Positions 27,879 to 42,378 of a DNA stretch of 64,000 nt are shown piece by piece. The DNA comes from Callorhinchus milii (lineage: Eukaryota). A program made the position numbers and the translations under genes. Position 1 is the stretch's first letter. Every line of letters begins with the position of its first letter. The stretch is from positions 26,290,001 through 26,354,000 of the forward strand of contig NW_024704742.1 of the NCBI RefSeq assembly GCF_018977255.1, written 5' to 3'. The notes below the pieces were generated by a model that saw only the letters and a program-made list of their open reading frames with translations, was not told the origin of the DNA and did not search any database.

Positions 27879-28250
27879 GGAGTCCTGTAGCTCAATGGTT
27901 AGAACACTCGCCTCACAAGCGAAAGACCTAGGTTTGATTCCCAGCAGGCCCAAATGTTGGGCAAGTTTCCTTACTCAACACGCCTCTGTTTACCTAGCAG
28001 TAACTGGGAACCTAGTTGTTAGTCGATTGGCGGATCGCTTTTCCAGGGGTAATTATTCCTTAAAAAAAATGAATTGGTCACTTTAATCCACGACTGTTTG
28101 TGGGACACTGGTGTGCGCAATTGGCTGCCGCATTTGGCCCACAAAATATGCAGTCAATTCACTTTACAGTATATTCTGTGAAGCGTTTTGGGACATCTAG
28201 AAGATGTGATAAGGCTCTATATCAAATGCAAGGATTAGTATTATTATTAT
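27879..28250 (+). mobile_element. Full-length tRNA-derived SINE, long variant
   Basis: ggagtcctgtagctcaatggttagaac head, gcctctgtttacctagcagtaac insert, Deu core and (att)n tail. Confidence 0.9.
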
Positions 28251-28702
28251 TAATATTGTATTGAAACTAATTTTTCTGAACTACTTCCCGCTGCTCAACA
28301 CAAAAGCAGTGACTCACAATCTATCTTAGTAAAGTCCATAGAGCAGGTATTTGACTTCCCTCCCCTCCCCACCGGCTGTCAACACACTGAAGTAGAGCTG
28401 AAGCCTGACGCAGCAGCTGCAGAATTAGCCTGATGTTAAGAGTCTGATTCTGCTACAGTAACTACTCACTGGCAGTATTTCCCATCTGGGACTGTGTACA
28501 TTTGGATCACCTGGTGAGATGAATACTGACAAATTGCAATTGATTTCAGTTGCTGTTTAATTATTTTAACCCAGTTGCTAATGAATCTGGTTTGCATGTT
28601 GGAAAAGTATGCTAACTTATAAATCCTTATTTTACTTCCGTTAATTGTTTCAATTAAGGGCCAGTTATTAGCAATTCTCTGGAAGTGATGTGCAGGCGTT
28701 TG

Positions 28703-29290
28703 GACAACAACAAAATTAGATTTATAGAGCGCCTTTCATGTCGGGAGGACGTCCCAAAGCACTGAATAGTCAGATGTCGGGGCCCAAGCATGGGGGAGGA
28801 GTGGTGTAGGGGTGAGGGAAGACAGAGGTGGGAGGGCGACCAAAGGCACGATCGAAGAGAAGGGTCTTGAAGAAGGCAAGGGAGGAAGCGAGGTGAAGGG
28901 ACCATGGGATGGAGTTCCAGAGTGTGGGGGCAGAGAGGCTGAAATCCCGGCCACCGAAGGTAGGGCAGGTTGGGTAGGAGACATGGAGGAGACCAGAGCC
29001 CGATGAACGGAGGGAGTGGGCAGGTTGATAGGGAGGCAGCAGGTCAGAAAGGTAGGAGGGGGCAAGGCCATGGATGGCCTTGAAAGTGAGGATGAGGATC
29101 TTGAACGATCCTCTGGGAGATGGGGAGCCAGTGGAGTCAGGCGAGTGTGGGAGTGATGGGGTCATGGAGCCTGGTGCGTGAGAGTACACAAGCTGCAGAG
29201 TTTTGGATGATCTGCAGCCTGTGAAGGGAAGAGTTGGGAAGGCCGATAAGGCGGGAGTTTCTGTAATCGAGCCTTGATGTGAAAGTAATC
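28703..29290 (-). mobile_element. L2 LINE 3' end
   Basis: ORF 28770..29189 (FKILILTFKAIHGLAPSYLSDLL...GGRDFSLSAPTLWNSIP) with an L2 tail. Confidence 0.9.
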
Positions 29291-31171
29291 CGTAATCAAG
29301 CCTTGTAAGCTTCCATTCACAAAAGAATGAAGAAGGCCCTGATCTCCTTCTGTAAAATACACCCTATCAACATCCTAGGACAGCAACAAGCTGTTTCTTA
29401 ATCGAGTCCAGTGTCCTGGCCTTAACCAGCCTCCCAGTAACTAGTTCTAACTGTTGTTTACCACCTGTCTGAAGAAATACTTCTTGGTGTCTGTGCCAAA
29501 ACTGTACTCTGCTACCCTGAACCTGGGACCTCTTCCTTGGTCAGGTGCTGATTGCATTGACCTCCATGGATGCTCACTCCACTCCATGAACCTGGTGTGG
29601 AACCTCAATATCTTTTTTGACCCTCTCCTCCTCCATTAATTGCCCTTCAAGACTCTTTTCCCAAATTTGAGTAGTTTGCCTCTGTAAGAAAAGTTGCACC
29701 ATGTTCAGTGGGATGTTTTTCTGCTCGAGTGTTTCTACCTTGCTCAGAAGCAATGTTTTATTCATTGCCCATAATGCAGCAAAGGGTAAATTGCAACTGT
29801 TCAGTTGAGAGTTGTTCGTTGCAGTTCCGATATGAACAGAAAGGGTAAAATGAAGGAATTAAAACTAACTCATGATTTACTGAATCTTCTCTTACATTGA
29901 TCCTTTGTCGCTCCTTTGTGCCATCTGCTGGTTGCTGATTCTCAATTGTACCTCATCAGCAGAAAACTCAATTAGATGTTGAGTATGACCATAATGCATA
30001 GTAAATTGACAATGAGGAGAGATAACAGTGGTTTTAATTAACTTTAGGTGGTGTGGCAGTCTGTAATGTAACATATGGTGACTGTGTAGAAAGACCTGGA
30101 ATGGAGAAGCAATGTGTTCAATGACAGGGGATACAGTGTGTGCAATTGCTAAATTCTGACCTTCAAATGCTTCAATGCCCTTGTCTCACACAATTCCTAT
30201 ATTCTCCTAATGTTTTACTCCCGTTTCGATAATTCAAACCTGCTTCATATCCCTTGCTCCCCCTCCCTACGTCCTAGAATAATCCTGCCAGTCAAAGGTT
30301 TCTCTCTTCATTGCTGGGTTTGTGCTGAATCTTGGATGAAAGCTTAGGGCACTGAATTTGTGTGAGGGTAAGAGTGAACCAACTGAGTGACGAAAGCAAA
30401 CAGGAGTTTAGGTGCCAAAATAAAAAGGGAGATAATTAAACTACAAGCACCGAAATTATATTTAATTTGATTGTAGAAGCTAGCTGTCGCTTCAGGACTA
30501 TATTAATAGTAAGGAAACTTGTTAAAAGGCTATCACCTAATACAAAAACAGCCACACAGGAAGCCGTTCAATGTATAATGCTTCACTGTATTTCTCACCC
30601 AAGCCCCTATTTCTTTACACTCCAGTGATATTCTGAAAATAAGGGAAATGACAACGGTTGTCAAGGAAACACATCCCTTGCAGGAATTTTTAAAAGCACA
30701 GCTGATCCTTTTTTCCACAAGTAATATGGAGTCAATCTGGCTGCTTATTTCAATCAATGTTTAATGTACATTAATTATTTAGTTTTGAAGTTTGGGTTAG
30801 ATTTATACATTCACTCTCAATCAATAATCTCGATGCACTCTGTGAGTGATTTCAGTTAGCTAGTTAAGGCTCATTTGGAAGAGGAGCCGCCTTTAAAAAG
30901 ATTAGTGAAGTAAAACAAGTTGTTTTGCTTATAATAGTTTAGTTTCTAAGCAAGATTAATCAGAATAAACCAACTGCAGAAAAACTAAACAAGGCAGATA
31001 TTGAAGCAACCACATACAAAATAAAGTAATAAAAAAAAGACATTTCTTTGTCTGCTGAGATTCTAAAAATAACACGTACAACATACGTCAGCTGCAGACT
31101 AGAAGTTTAAGGTCAGGAATTCACACCTCTCAGTCATGACTGTTAGATTCGAAATCTCTTTTGTGATGCAG

Positions 31172-31534
31172 TGAAGCCCTGCAGCTCCGTGATTCGAGAA
31201 CTCCCCTCACAAGCAAGAGACCTGGGTTCGAATCCAGGCAGGGTGAAACATTGGGCAAGTTTCTTTACTTCATTTACCTAGCAGTAAGTAGGAACCCGGT
31301 TGTTAGTCGATTGGTGGATCGCTTTTCTGGGGGTAATAATTTCTTCCAAAAATAATAATAATGAATTGGTCACTCAATCCATAACTGTTTGTGGGACACT
31401 GCTGTGTACAATTGGCTGCCACCTTTCGCCCACAAAATAGTCAGTTCACTTTACAATATATTCTGTGAAGCACTTTGAGACATCTTGAAGACATGATAAG
31501 GCGCTATATCAAATGCGTTGATTATTATTATTAT
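31172..31534 (+). mobile_element. tRNA-derived SINE, long variant
   Basis: B-box ggttcgaatcc, tttacctagcagtaagtaggaacc insert, Deu core and (att)n tail. Confidence 0.85.
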
Positions 31535-33044
31535 TGTATGATAGCGCAACCAACTTCCCCATGTCACAAGATTGATGCAAATAAGAATCACACACGTATC
31601 ATTCCACACGTGAACTTGAAGGGTGCCCCAAAATGGTGATAAAATATAATAAATGTTTAAAATACCATATACAGTAAAGAAAGTAGAGGTTGGTTTATGA
31701 GAAAGTGATGACTTGACTGATGATCACAGATCTCTGTTTCGCCTGCTAACTCCAGATACATCCCGCAGGGAGCTAGCACCAACATTGACACAAAGGGCCG
31801 AATGACCCCTTTTTGTGTTGTAAACATTCTACAGTTCTATAAACTCAATAAATCCTCTGTATATACAAGTTCCTTTCGCTATGTGTTTCCATCAATCATA
31901 TTTTAGTCCTGCCAAATAGTCTCCCCCGACAGGTTAGTCTTCTGCTGGTGAAGTCAGGTACAGGACAAGCAATACTGCATGTTACACAAAAAAGACTGTA
32001 TGTAGTATCTTCAAGCTCAGTTAAGTGGCTTAAAGCATTCCTCTATTTTCACTGAATGTGACCCCAGGGCATCATAAAATAAATATTAACTGCAGTGTTC
32101 AGGCTATAAAAGTAAAGCTTCTGTCTCAGGCTATAGGAGTGTCCTTGAGTTTACAATAATGTACAACGCCTTTGCGATCTACAAGATAAAGGGTTAGATT
32201 TTAAGATTCCTGCTTTATTTTGTTTGTATGTTCTCAAACTATTTTTTTTTAAGTCTTCAAATTTAAAATCAATAGCATTTACAACCTTACGTTGTTTGCG
32301 TGAACATAAGATCGCCACGAAAGGATCAGTTCAAAGAGGCCATTCCAAACATGCGACTTCCCTGAAGACAATGTTTCCTTCCTTCTCTGAACACTGTTCA
32401 TCAGCTACAGAAGCTATTCTCCATGCAAATGAAGGGGGAAAGTTGAGACAATTTCTTTCCTCGGTAACACAGACATATTGTGACATTATTGTCTTGGTCA
32501 CTATATTCATACATCAATGAAAACTGGAAGGACAAAGGTTATCAGATTTTTGAAAGACCATTTTTTTCCCCACTGCCTCTATGAAGTTCCATCCAAACCA
32601 AGGAGTGACTGTGGTTACAGAAATGCTGCTGAATGAAAACACAACTTTAATGCTGATGTTAATTTTCTCTCCCTCAATGAACTAAAAAGCTCTTTGAAGT
32701 CCATAAACCTGAAATCAATAAACAAATGGCTACCAATGGTTCGTCAAAGTTCAAACAACAGTGCAGTGTGCAACCTGGGCTAAGGAAATATTTACCAGGG
32801 AATATTGGTAGGGTGGGAGATTGTACTGGATTTCAGGGAGACAAGGGTATTGAACATGGAGGAGAAACAGCCATTGAATACCTTAATGGTGAGGTGCATT
32901 GAGGAGAGAAAATTGGCAGACAAGAAGGCATTTGAGAGGGAGTGAGGCGGGATGGCAGAAGATAATGAACGACTTGGCGGAGGGGAGGGAGAGGTGGCAG
33001 GAGAGAGAAATTAGGAAGTGGTCAGAGATGTCTCCATCAAGATG

Positions 33045-33320
33045 CCTCAAGAAAGTGATGTTAAATTTATATAAATCTTTGATTTGGTCACCATTGGAGT
33101 ACTGCATACCGTTTGGGCATCCCATTTATAGAAAGGACATCAGGGCCATGGAAAGGGTGCAGCGAAGGTCCAACATGCGATAACGGGAATAAGGGATTAT
33201 AGTTATGAGGATAACTTTAAAAAACAAGGCTATTTTCACTGGAGCACGGGTTGATCGGAGAATCTAATGGAGGTCTTCAAAATTTCAAAAGGTTTTGAGA
33301 GGTTAAATAGTGAAAGTTTA
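33045..33320 (+). mobile_element. CR1 RT C-terminal fragment
   Basis: KKVMLNLYKSLIWSPLEYC...YRKDIRAMERVQRR. Confidence 0.8.
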
Positions 33321-36300
33321 GTTGATAAACAGGTCAACTGGTCTTGTACTTGAATCCATGTGTGCAATCAAGTGGCAGTAATGGGCTGCATCCCAGTATG
33401 TACATTGACATGCATTGTAGATGTTATTTGCATTCTTGCTTTCTTAAACACAACGCCTATTATTTAGTATAGTACTTGAAATATTATTTAGTATTATTTA
33501 GTTTAGCACTTGAAATAATGCCAATTTTTTTAATGAATTATTTTCTCATGCTGGCAGAGCGTGATTATGATATGAAGTATATTTGCTGAGTGAAAGAATC
33601 CCTGTTACAAGCTCTGTTTATTAGCTTTCTCCGCTTCAGGTCTCTCCTCAAGCACTTACAAAGCAATAGGTCTTGCACTAACAAGCACCATCTAAAAATA
33701 GTTTCCACTTTCAAAGAAAGTGGGTTCGAAGTTAGCTCATCCACTAAATATTTTAACAAGGGCTTTGCTAGTTATCTTGCTTGTGTAATAAAACTTTAAA
33801 GATCTGTCCAGTGTTTTTTTAAACAGAATCTCTGAATATACAACAACGATTTGCATTTATATACCGCCCTTCATGCAGGATAGCGTCTCTGAGCGTTGCA
33901 CAATGACAGGGTTAGACAACAACAACTTGCATTATAGCACCCTCCACGCAGGGTAGTGTCTCAGAGGCCTTAGATATTGACCAATGAGGAGGAGCGGGAG
34001 GAGTGACCATAGGTATGGTTGGAGAGGTAAATCTTATGGTGGGATTTTAAAGATAGATTACGAGCAACAACAAACTCAAACAAAATTAATGTAATGTGGC
34101 TTGCCTTTCCATATGCATTCTCATTCAATATCCACTCTCATCTAAAAATGTGGTTTCGGTTCAACCCTCTCAATGTACGCCTTAAATCTGCAGCATAACC
34201 CTACCTCCAATTCAGTTCTAAAGCAATAGTCCCACACACAAGCCATAGGATGACTGGGTGCAGAAAAAGAAAAATTCACATTAGCATAGCAGTAGTGCTG
34301 CTATTGTCCAGATTCAGATGAGCACCACACAAAAAAAAGTGACCTATACAAGTACCCATGGATTTATGGGATGAAATTCAATAAAATCTGCATCTTTTAT
34401 CATGTTAATCCCTGATTGTCTCTAATCTCCTTTTATGACAGCAATTACTGCTGTTTGACTGATTGCCCAGAAACACAAAGATCTGGGCAAACATGACACA
34501 GTGAAAGGATTTCTCTTAAAAGAGCAGCATAGATACGATGGGCCAAATGGCCTTCCTCTGTACTGAAAATGTGGACCGACCTTCTAAAATAGCAGGAATA
34601 CTGCCTGCCAAGTGGACTTCATGTGCACCATTGTCATTGTTCAGACTGGCCAGCAGAATATAAAACAGTAATAATAAATCTTGGATTTGATATACGCCTT
34701 AACAAGTTGAAACATCTCAAAGCGCTTCAGAGTTTTCTGTACACTTTCAAACTGTACAGTAAATGCCTCGTCACCAATCACATCACCATTGTGTTCAAAG
34801 ACACAAGAAAACTGTTTGATTACAGCAATTGCAGATCTCAGAGCCCAGCCTTGGCCATACTCCTCAATATCAAAAAAACTCAGGATTGCCCAATGTATGA
34901 CATTAATGCTAAACAAACCATAATGGGCATATTTACATGGAAATACCAATTACAATCAATGCATAGTTTATGACCTTATTTCCTGAGTTTAGAACCTAAT
35001 TAACGGAGTTTGTGAGGCTTTGGGAGCTGGAACATTGAATAACCAGTCAATATTCTACACAGATTAGGTGGCACTTGGCTCTAATTAGGGTAGGAGATTA
35101 GTCACCACCAAACAGATGCTCTGAGCTATGGTGAGTCATCAAATGATGATGGAACACCCCTCTGTCCTGAGGCTCATTGACTGTTTATTATATCCAATAT
35201 TGAAGTTTTGTTGTGGCCTTGATTTTTCTTTTATATATTAGCTGGTGTCATTTTATATGGTTACTGAGGAAGCCACATTGTTTGCGGAAAGAAGCACAGT
35301 TATGGTTTAACTGATATTCTCGACCTTGGAAAACAAAAACATTCACAATGAAACAAAAATAGGGCAGGTTATGTAAAGAAAACTAATCCCTCTGCTTTGA
35401 TCTGTTAAGTGACCAGTACTTACTTTTGAAAGAGGATATGGATTCTGGCAATTCATAGGTGCTCTAAATCATGTCGTTATAAAGAGCAGCCATGACAGGG
35501 AATTGTTTTTTGCTGATGGAGTTGCAATGTCAGATCAATCTCAATAAAATAATTTTTCCGATAGTACCTCTAGGCCATTTGTCATGAGTGAAACAAACAC
35601 TCCACATGCCCAACCTTCTAAGAGTATTTCCTTTGAAATATTTGATCTGTGAGCAATACTGCCTACAAGTGCTTAAAGCCATGCCTCCAAAGCATTCAGT
35701 CAATTATTAGTCTCAAATAAACAAGAAAAATGAATGCTACATCAGTACACTATCAAGATTTTTCATCCTCTGAAAACCGCCAGGTTTTGTGCAGTGAAAT
35801 AAAGGGCTCTGCTCTTCAGATCCTTCTCAAAGTGCACAATAGGTATATTTCCATTGATCCTTTTGCTGTTATGTCTGGATTTATAGATAACATTATTATG
35901 CAATCACTTGCTGTATTAGCAATCTTCAAATAAGAAACGGCCATTGTGGAATTCTATGCAGCACAACTTCCTTAACATGCAGCTGAGATGTCATTTCAGT
36001 AGTTATTATAACTTTTATATTTGGTAAAGCACCGTTTACATCAGGGGGATGTCATCTTAGATTCATGAAAACATTGACTAGACAACATTGATGCAGCTAA
36101 AAGTTTCTTTACATCATATGCCTCTTCCCCTTGGGGATTATTCACTACCACATTCTTCTCCAGTTCTTGAGGTGGATGGTAAAGATTCATTGACATTATC
36201 TTGAAGAGAAGGGAGTTCCCCAGTTGTCCTCGTTTTTGCTCCCAATATTCTCCTTTTCCTCAATTCACCAAAATCAGATTAACAGATAATTTTCCCATTT

Positions 36301-36344
36301 ATATTTGTGGGATGTTTCTGATACAGATTACTTGCCATGTTTGT

Positions 36345-36659
36345 GGAGTCCTGTAGCTCAGTGGTTAGAGTACTCGCTTTGCAAGCGAGAGACCCGAGTT
36401 CAATTCCAGGCAGGTCAGGGCGAAACCTTGGGCAAGTTTCCTTACTCCACACGCCTAATAATAATCCCTCCAAAAACAATAATAAATTGGTCATTTTCAA
36501 TCTACGACTGTTTGTGGGACATTGCTGTGTGCAATTGGCTGCCACGTTCGCCCACAAATATACAGTCAATTCACTTTACAGTATATTCTGTGAAGCGCTT
36601 TGGGACGTCCTCCCGACGTGAAAAGCGCTATATCAAAATGCAAGGATTATTATTATTAT
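36345..36659 (+). mobile_element. Full-length young tRNA-Deu-L2 SINE, short variant (SINE2-1_CM-like)
   Basis: A box tagctcagtgg, anticodon-like ttgcaa (Ala TGC), B box gttcaattcc, Deu core gtttgtgggacattgctgtgtgcaattggctgc and tail gggacgtcctcccgacgtgaaaagcgc...(att)n. Confidence 0.9.
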
Positions 36660-38594
36660 GTTTATTTTATATAAGTCATTTCAAAGTAACTCATCGTGCA
36701 AAGAGCTTGGGGATGTACCTTCTAGTGTAATAAGGTGCTAAACCCAAATCCAAATGTTTATGATTATTAGTACAGATCAAGGAATTACAATGATATCACA
36801 GGTAAATTACACTATGTAAATTGCATAATGTGGTTTGTGTTCGCCTACAAATATACAGCCACTACACTTTACAGTAAATCCTGTGAAGAATTTGAGACAT
36901 CTTCTCGTCCTCCCATCAGCTATATGCAAGGATTTTTTTCCTAAACAAACACATTTCTAAACAAACATTTGTGGTACAAACACTGCCTACATGAAGCGAG
37001 AGAAAATAAAGAAAATGAAAAGCTAAGAATGTTCTACACATATTCAGGTGGTGACTTTCAGCGCTCCGGGACTCTGCCCCTCACAAAGGCTGCTATACAA
37101 GTGCAAGTTGTTGTTGATTAAATTAAGGTCTAGACTGTTTATTTGTTAAATTTCCACTTTGCCACTTTGGGAATTGCTGTCTGTTAATTTTGCAAAGATT
37201 GAAACAGATGGTTATTTTTAACCGCCGACCTTTTAATGGATTGATGACTTGGGGAACCAGAGGTAGTGAATTTTGAAAATCACAAATTGAGCCCCACTGT
37301 AGTGTTAACAAATTGGACAATTAGACATCAACCTATACAAGTAAAGTCATGAGAATGAGATTAGTCATCTGGATTTAGACCAATATATTCCTTTTGGTGC
37401 TTTGCTTTGCCATATTCCAGATGGGACCCAGGGATGAAGCCAGACAAACCAGTGTCTACTCTCTGATTTTAATCATTTACTTTAGCACAAGCTAAAAATA
37501 GTCAGATTCCCCTCTGATAAAAACTCCACTTCTGTACACGATGGCACTTGAAAGATAATATGTTACAAATGCATTGCAGGATTGTAGAGAGCAGAAATGG
37601 GGCCTTGGTAGCAGCCCTTGCTTAACAAATCGTGTCCAAGAAGGAAGGAAAGAACTTGCATTTTTCTACTGCCTGTTGAACTATGTTGAAACAACTCAAA
37701 CCGTTTCACAAATAAGTACTGTCAAGAACACAGACTGGGTTTTTTAGGGCAGGTGAGGAGGTCAACTGAATTCAAAAAGGGACAAGCATTATGCCTAATT
37801 TTTGGGAAATGCTTGGAAATCCAGTTTTAAGGTTCCCCTCCCCACCCCCAACTGAGCACAGCTTTACTTAAAGTGTTTTCAATGTCCTAAGACCAACATT
37901 ACCTGGAAGTGCAGATAGAAGTACAACTTGCTAGCTGACTTCCAGGTCACTTCAAGTGTGCTGCACATGCTCACTATTCAAATCTGGCATCGCTTTGTGA
38001 AGGAAGTGATGTCAATCATGACCTGATGACCCAGAAGGCAGACATGATTCGCTCTTAGTTTATCACACGCCTGTGAGATACTGAATTTAAGACAACTGCG
38101 GTGTAATATATTTGTACAGATCAAAAAGTTATTTACATTTCAAATTTTCTCTACCATCTGGAAAAGTAATAACATTGTAATGATGGGTAGTCATAAAGCC
38201 CCTTTCTGTCTATGAATTATTATCATGGTATTTGTGGCATTAGTGTATTAATTGCGTTTGAGATCGAATTATATTTATAATTATATAAATGATTATATAG
38301 ATATATAAATGCAAGTTGTTGTTTGCTAATCACAAACCATCCAAATCCCTATATAGTCTCATACCCCTGGCAGGGAGAAGTATATCTAGTTCTTTTTTAA
38401 AGGAGGTATTTACGTGAAGACCTGCAGCAACAAATTGACTGTTTGATTGGGTATTTGACAAGTATTTAATAACAAGCTTGTTTATGACATGAGTCATTTG
38501 AAAATCATTTAATATCTTTGATCAAATTCAATTGGTGCACATGATTACATTCTTAAATAATCTTGCATGATAAAATAATAATCTCCTGAAGGGT

Positions 38595-38910
38595 CTTGCC
38601 TCATGTTGGGACACCCTCTGATGACCACCATCCTTCACAATGCCCAAGTGAAGATTTCTCATGTGTGACCTTAGACAGTGAGTAGCAATTGTGATCCTTA
38701 TCGTTGTGAACCCAAACCAGTACACTGGTAGCTACTCTGTCACTTGCCAGCGGGAGTCAAGAGACAGAGGTCACCGCTTGGCTGTGGAGGTCACCGAGTC
38801 CATGAACAGTAATGAGACAATTGGAAATTTATATTTCTAGTTATAAAGGCTTAGCAAAGAGACAGACTGTCTTTGCTGCCACCTTGGCTGAGATAGTTAA
38901 CAGCACTAAT
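38595..38910 (-). mobile_element. Possible LF-SINE-related ancient SINE
   Basis: Reverse complement contains ctcactgtctaaggtcacacatgagaa and gctgttaactatctcagccaaggtggcagc, which resemble LF-SINE segments as I recall them. Confidence 0.35.
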
Positions 38911-40554
38911 GACGTACTTTGTATTTTTCAAACAACAGTGTGTTGTGTTCTAGTTCAATATTTCATTTCAATAGGATTTTAAAAAACTTAAATCTACTGT
39001 ATTAATAGAAATGCAGGATTTACAATTGCCCACCCTTCCCAAGTACATCAGCTGACAAAGGGCTATATTTATGCTGAATGCTAAAATTAGTCATCTTTTT
39101 GTACGAAGATTGCAATGAAAAAAATTACTATTTTGAGCGATCAGCATAAAATAGACCCCAATTTGTAAAGCTGTGCTTTTTTCTTTGAACAGACAGATCT
39201 GATATTCAACACACTCTTTGATTGTTGACCCTCACGGCTGACCTGAAAGCAGGAAAAGTGAATTAAATCCTGCTTAGCTCATGTATTATTCTCCCATCAA
39301 TTTCAATGAAAATGAATCTCTTTTCATTATTACAGAATCAACCTTGTGCTATCTTGTCTTCGTTTCTGACTCTGCCAATTTAATGAAGGAATGATACAGG
39401 ACAATTATTTCATATCAACTTTTTGACCCAGAGATGAGTGTACTATCTATCACCAACCTTGCAGCATTTTCCCTGGAATGTCTGCCTGGAACATAAGCCT
39501 GTACTGGGAAGCTCACATTCCCGATGTGGGGCTTGAACCCACAAGTTCCCACTTCTGAGGCAAGTGTGTTACCAACTGAGTCAGGCTGACACTTCTATAT
39601 GGTCTGTAGAAGAAAATTTAGATGGGCCCAAGTCTTCTCTTTATTACCACCCAATGCTGTAGTTATAAATTCTCCCAGTTAATCAAAACCTTCTTTGTAG
39701 TTAATGCAGTCACAAAAAATGGAGCGAGAAATATATTCTGGAAACCGGCAGGGCAGGGATGAGGGAGCTGCCTGTCAAAACAATTTGAACCAGATTTAAA
39801 TGTGGTGTGGTTTAAATCTGAACCAGAATAGTTTGCTCTTATATTCTCCTTCTGAAAATGAAGTTCTCTCGGTCTCCACTCTGTCCAAAAGCAAATATCA
39901 GTCACTTTTACACAAATCCCACATAGAGCAGAAGTCGAACAGAAATGAAGAGGGGAAGTAATTTCGATGCAAATGTTGTCACTCCCTGATGTGAGGTGAG
40001 AGATTGCCCTCATTCGCGGCTCCCCAGTGAGGTACCATATCTTGGTAATTAGCTGATTAGATTGGAGTAAGAAAGGGTTTATTTTAACTGAAGCACGAGC
40101 GTGTGACCTTGAAATGATTTTACATTTGTTTAAAATTACAGATATTCCACGTACCAAGCGGATCAGATATTTCAGATTGGGCAGTTTTGAAACATGAAAC
40201 GTTAAAATGTTTGACACGACAGCTGTGTCAACATCAGTCAACATCTGGACTGAAAAAAATGTTTTGGCTGGATGTTGATCAGGGCGATCCTTCTTCTTTA
40301 ATCCATTATTAATAATAATTATTCTTGCATTTGATATAGCACCTATAACATCAAAATGTCTCAAAGTGATTTACAGGTATTGCTGGCAAGTAAAGTGACT
40401 GTGTATTTGTAGGCAAACACAGTAGGCATAGTGAATGACCAATTTATCGGGTCATTAGTATCTGAATAGTACTGTGTGTAAAGAGGAATTTCCTGAAAGA
40501 GTTTGCTCACCCTTTATTAAATGTACTAGAAACAAAAGTAAACCAGACTTAGAC

Positions 40555-41007
40555 TCCACTGGCTTCCCATCACATAGAGGATACAGTTCAAGATCCTGGT
40601 CCTCACCTTCAAAGTCCTCCGTGGTCTTGCTCCCCTCTACCTCTGCGACCTACTAACCCTCTAACATCCTGCCTGTTCCTTCCACTCAGCGGGCTCCAGC
40701 CTGCTTCACGTTCCCCCCTTCGCTCGCCCCACTATTGGCGGTCGGGCCTTGTGCCACTCTGCCCCCACCCTCTGGAACTCCATCCCGCAGTCCCTCCACC
40801 TCGCCCCCTCCCTTACCTCCTTCAAGACCCATCTCAAGACCCTCCTCTTTGACCGTGGTTTCGATCTCCCTGCTTCCCCCCCTACCCTCCACCCTTCCCG
40901 GTCCCAACCCCCAACTCGGTTCCGAAACTCTGACTGCCCAGCGCCTTGTGGGACGTCCTCCCAACGTGAAAGGCGCTCTACAAATATAATTTTGTTGTTG
41001 TTGTTGT
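40555..41007 (+). mobile_element. L2 LINE 3' end
   Basis: SAPTLWNSIPQSLHLAPSLTSFKTHLKTLLFDRGF, then gggacgtcctcccaacgtgaaaggcgctctac...(gtt)n. Confidence 0.9.
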
Positions 41008-41829
41008 AGTAGAGTGACTGGGAATTCTTTAATAGAAGAAAGCAGTGAAAACTATACGTAACTAATTTCATTTCTAAATTCCTATTTAAACAGGATTGAC
41101 AAGAACATCCACTACTGGACCTGCTGGACTACCGAATGCTGTGGAGCAGTGTGCAGAATTTTAAAAGAACGCAACAATAAAACCAATACTGTGTCTTGTT
41201 TCACTTCTGTATAATTTGGATCTTTCGCACAATTCTGTTTACTGCTTAGTAGAGAGATTTAGGACATTCTCCCGATGTGAAAGGCTTTATATAAAAGTGA
41301 ACTGTATTATGAATAATATAGTCAATGTATGAATTGATTTATCTATTCCAATAAGACATAATAATATTTAAATATATCAGAGATATTATTTGACCAGAAC
41401 ATCATTCTCTTTAAATTTTGGTAATGACTACATAGTGCTCTTCTCTTTTAATTCATTATTTGTGTTTTTAATCTCTTGGGGACAAGGGGTTGTAGTCTAT
41501 CGCTTTGGGTCCTGAAGTTATGTTAATTTCCCTACTGCTGTATATATAATGTGTATAAAGAGTAACTGTATTCCCTGGATAGCAGGGATTCAACGTCAAG
41601 ATTGGTCATCTTGCCAATCACAACTGATGACCCAATGGAACTTTGGGCAATACTGATTCCCCAGAAGACAGACAGTGAGATGGGTTATAAAATATGACCC
41701 TGTCATTTTGTAATGTGCTAAAAGTCATTGGCTTCTCAAGAAACATCATGTTAATAATCATTTAAGTCTGATTAGAAATTCCAGCTCCAGCAGTCACTGA
41801 ACAGCAATGTGAATTTTGATGCAGTGTCA

Positions 41830-42378
<549 letters not shown>

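Noticed and set aside
36345..36417. tRNA-Ala-like sequences (also 25530-25600, 27879, 15490-15559, 50990-51063)
   Set aside because: These are SINE heads. The acceptor stem does not pair and each continues into a SINE body.
39663..40364. 233-aa minus-strand ORF
   Set aside because: It starts at a non-ATG codon inside a SINE tail (ISNARIIII) and shows no recognisable domain or splice context.
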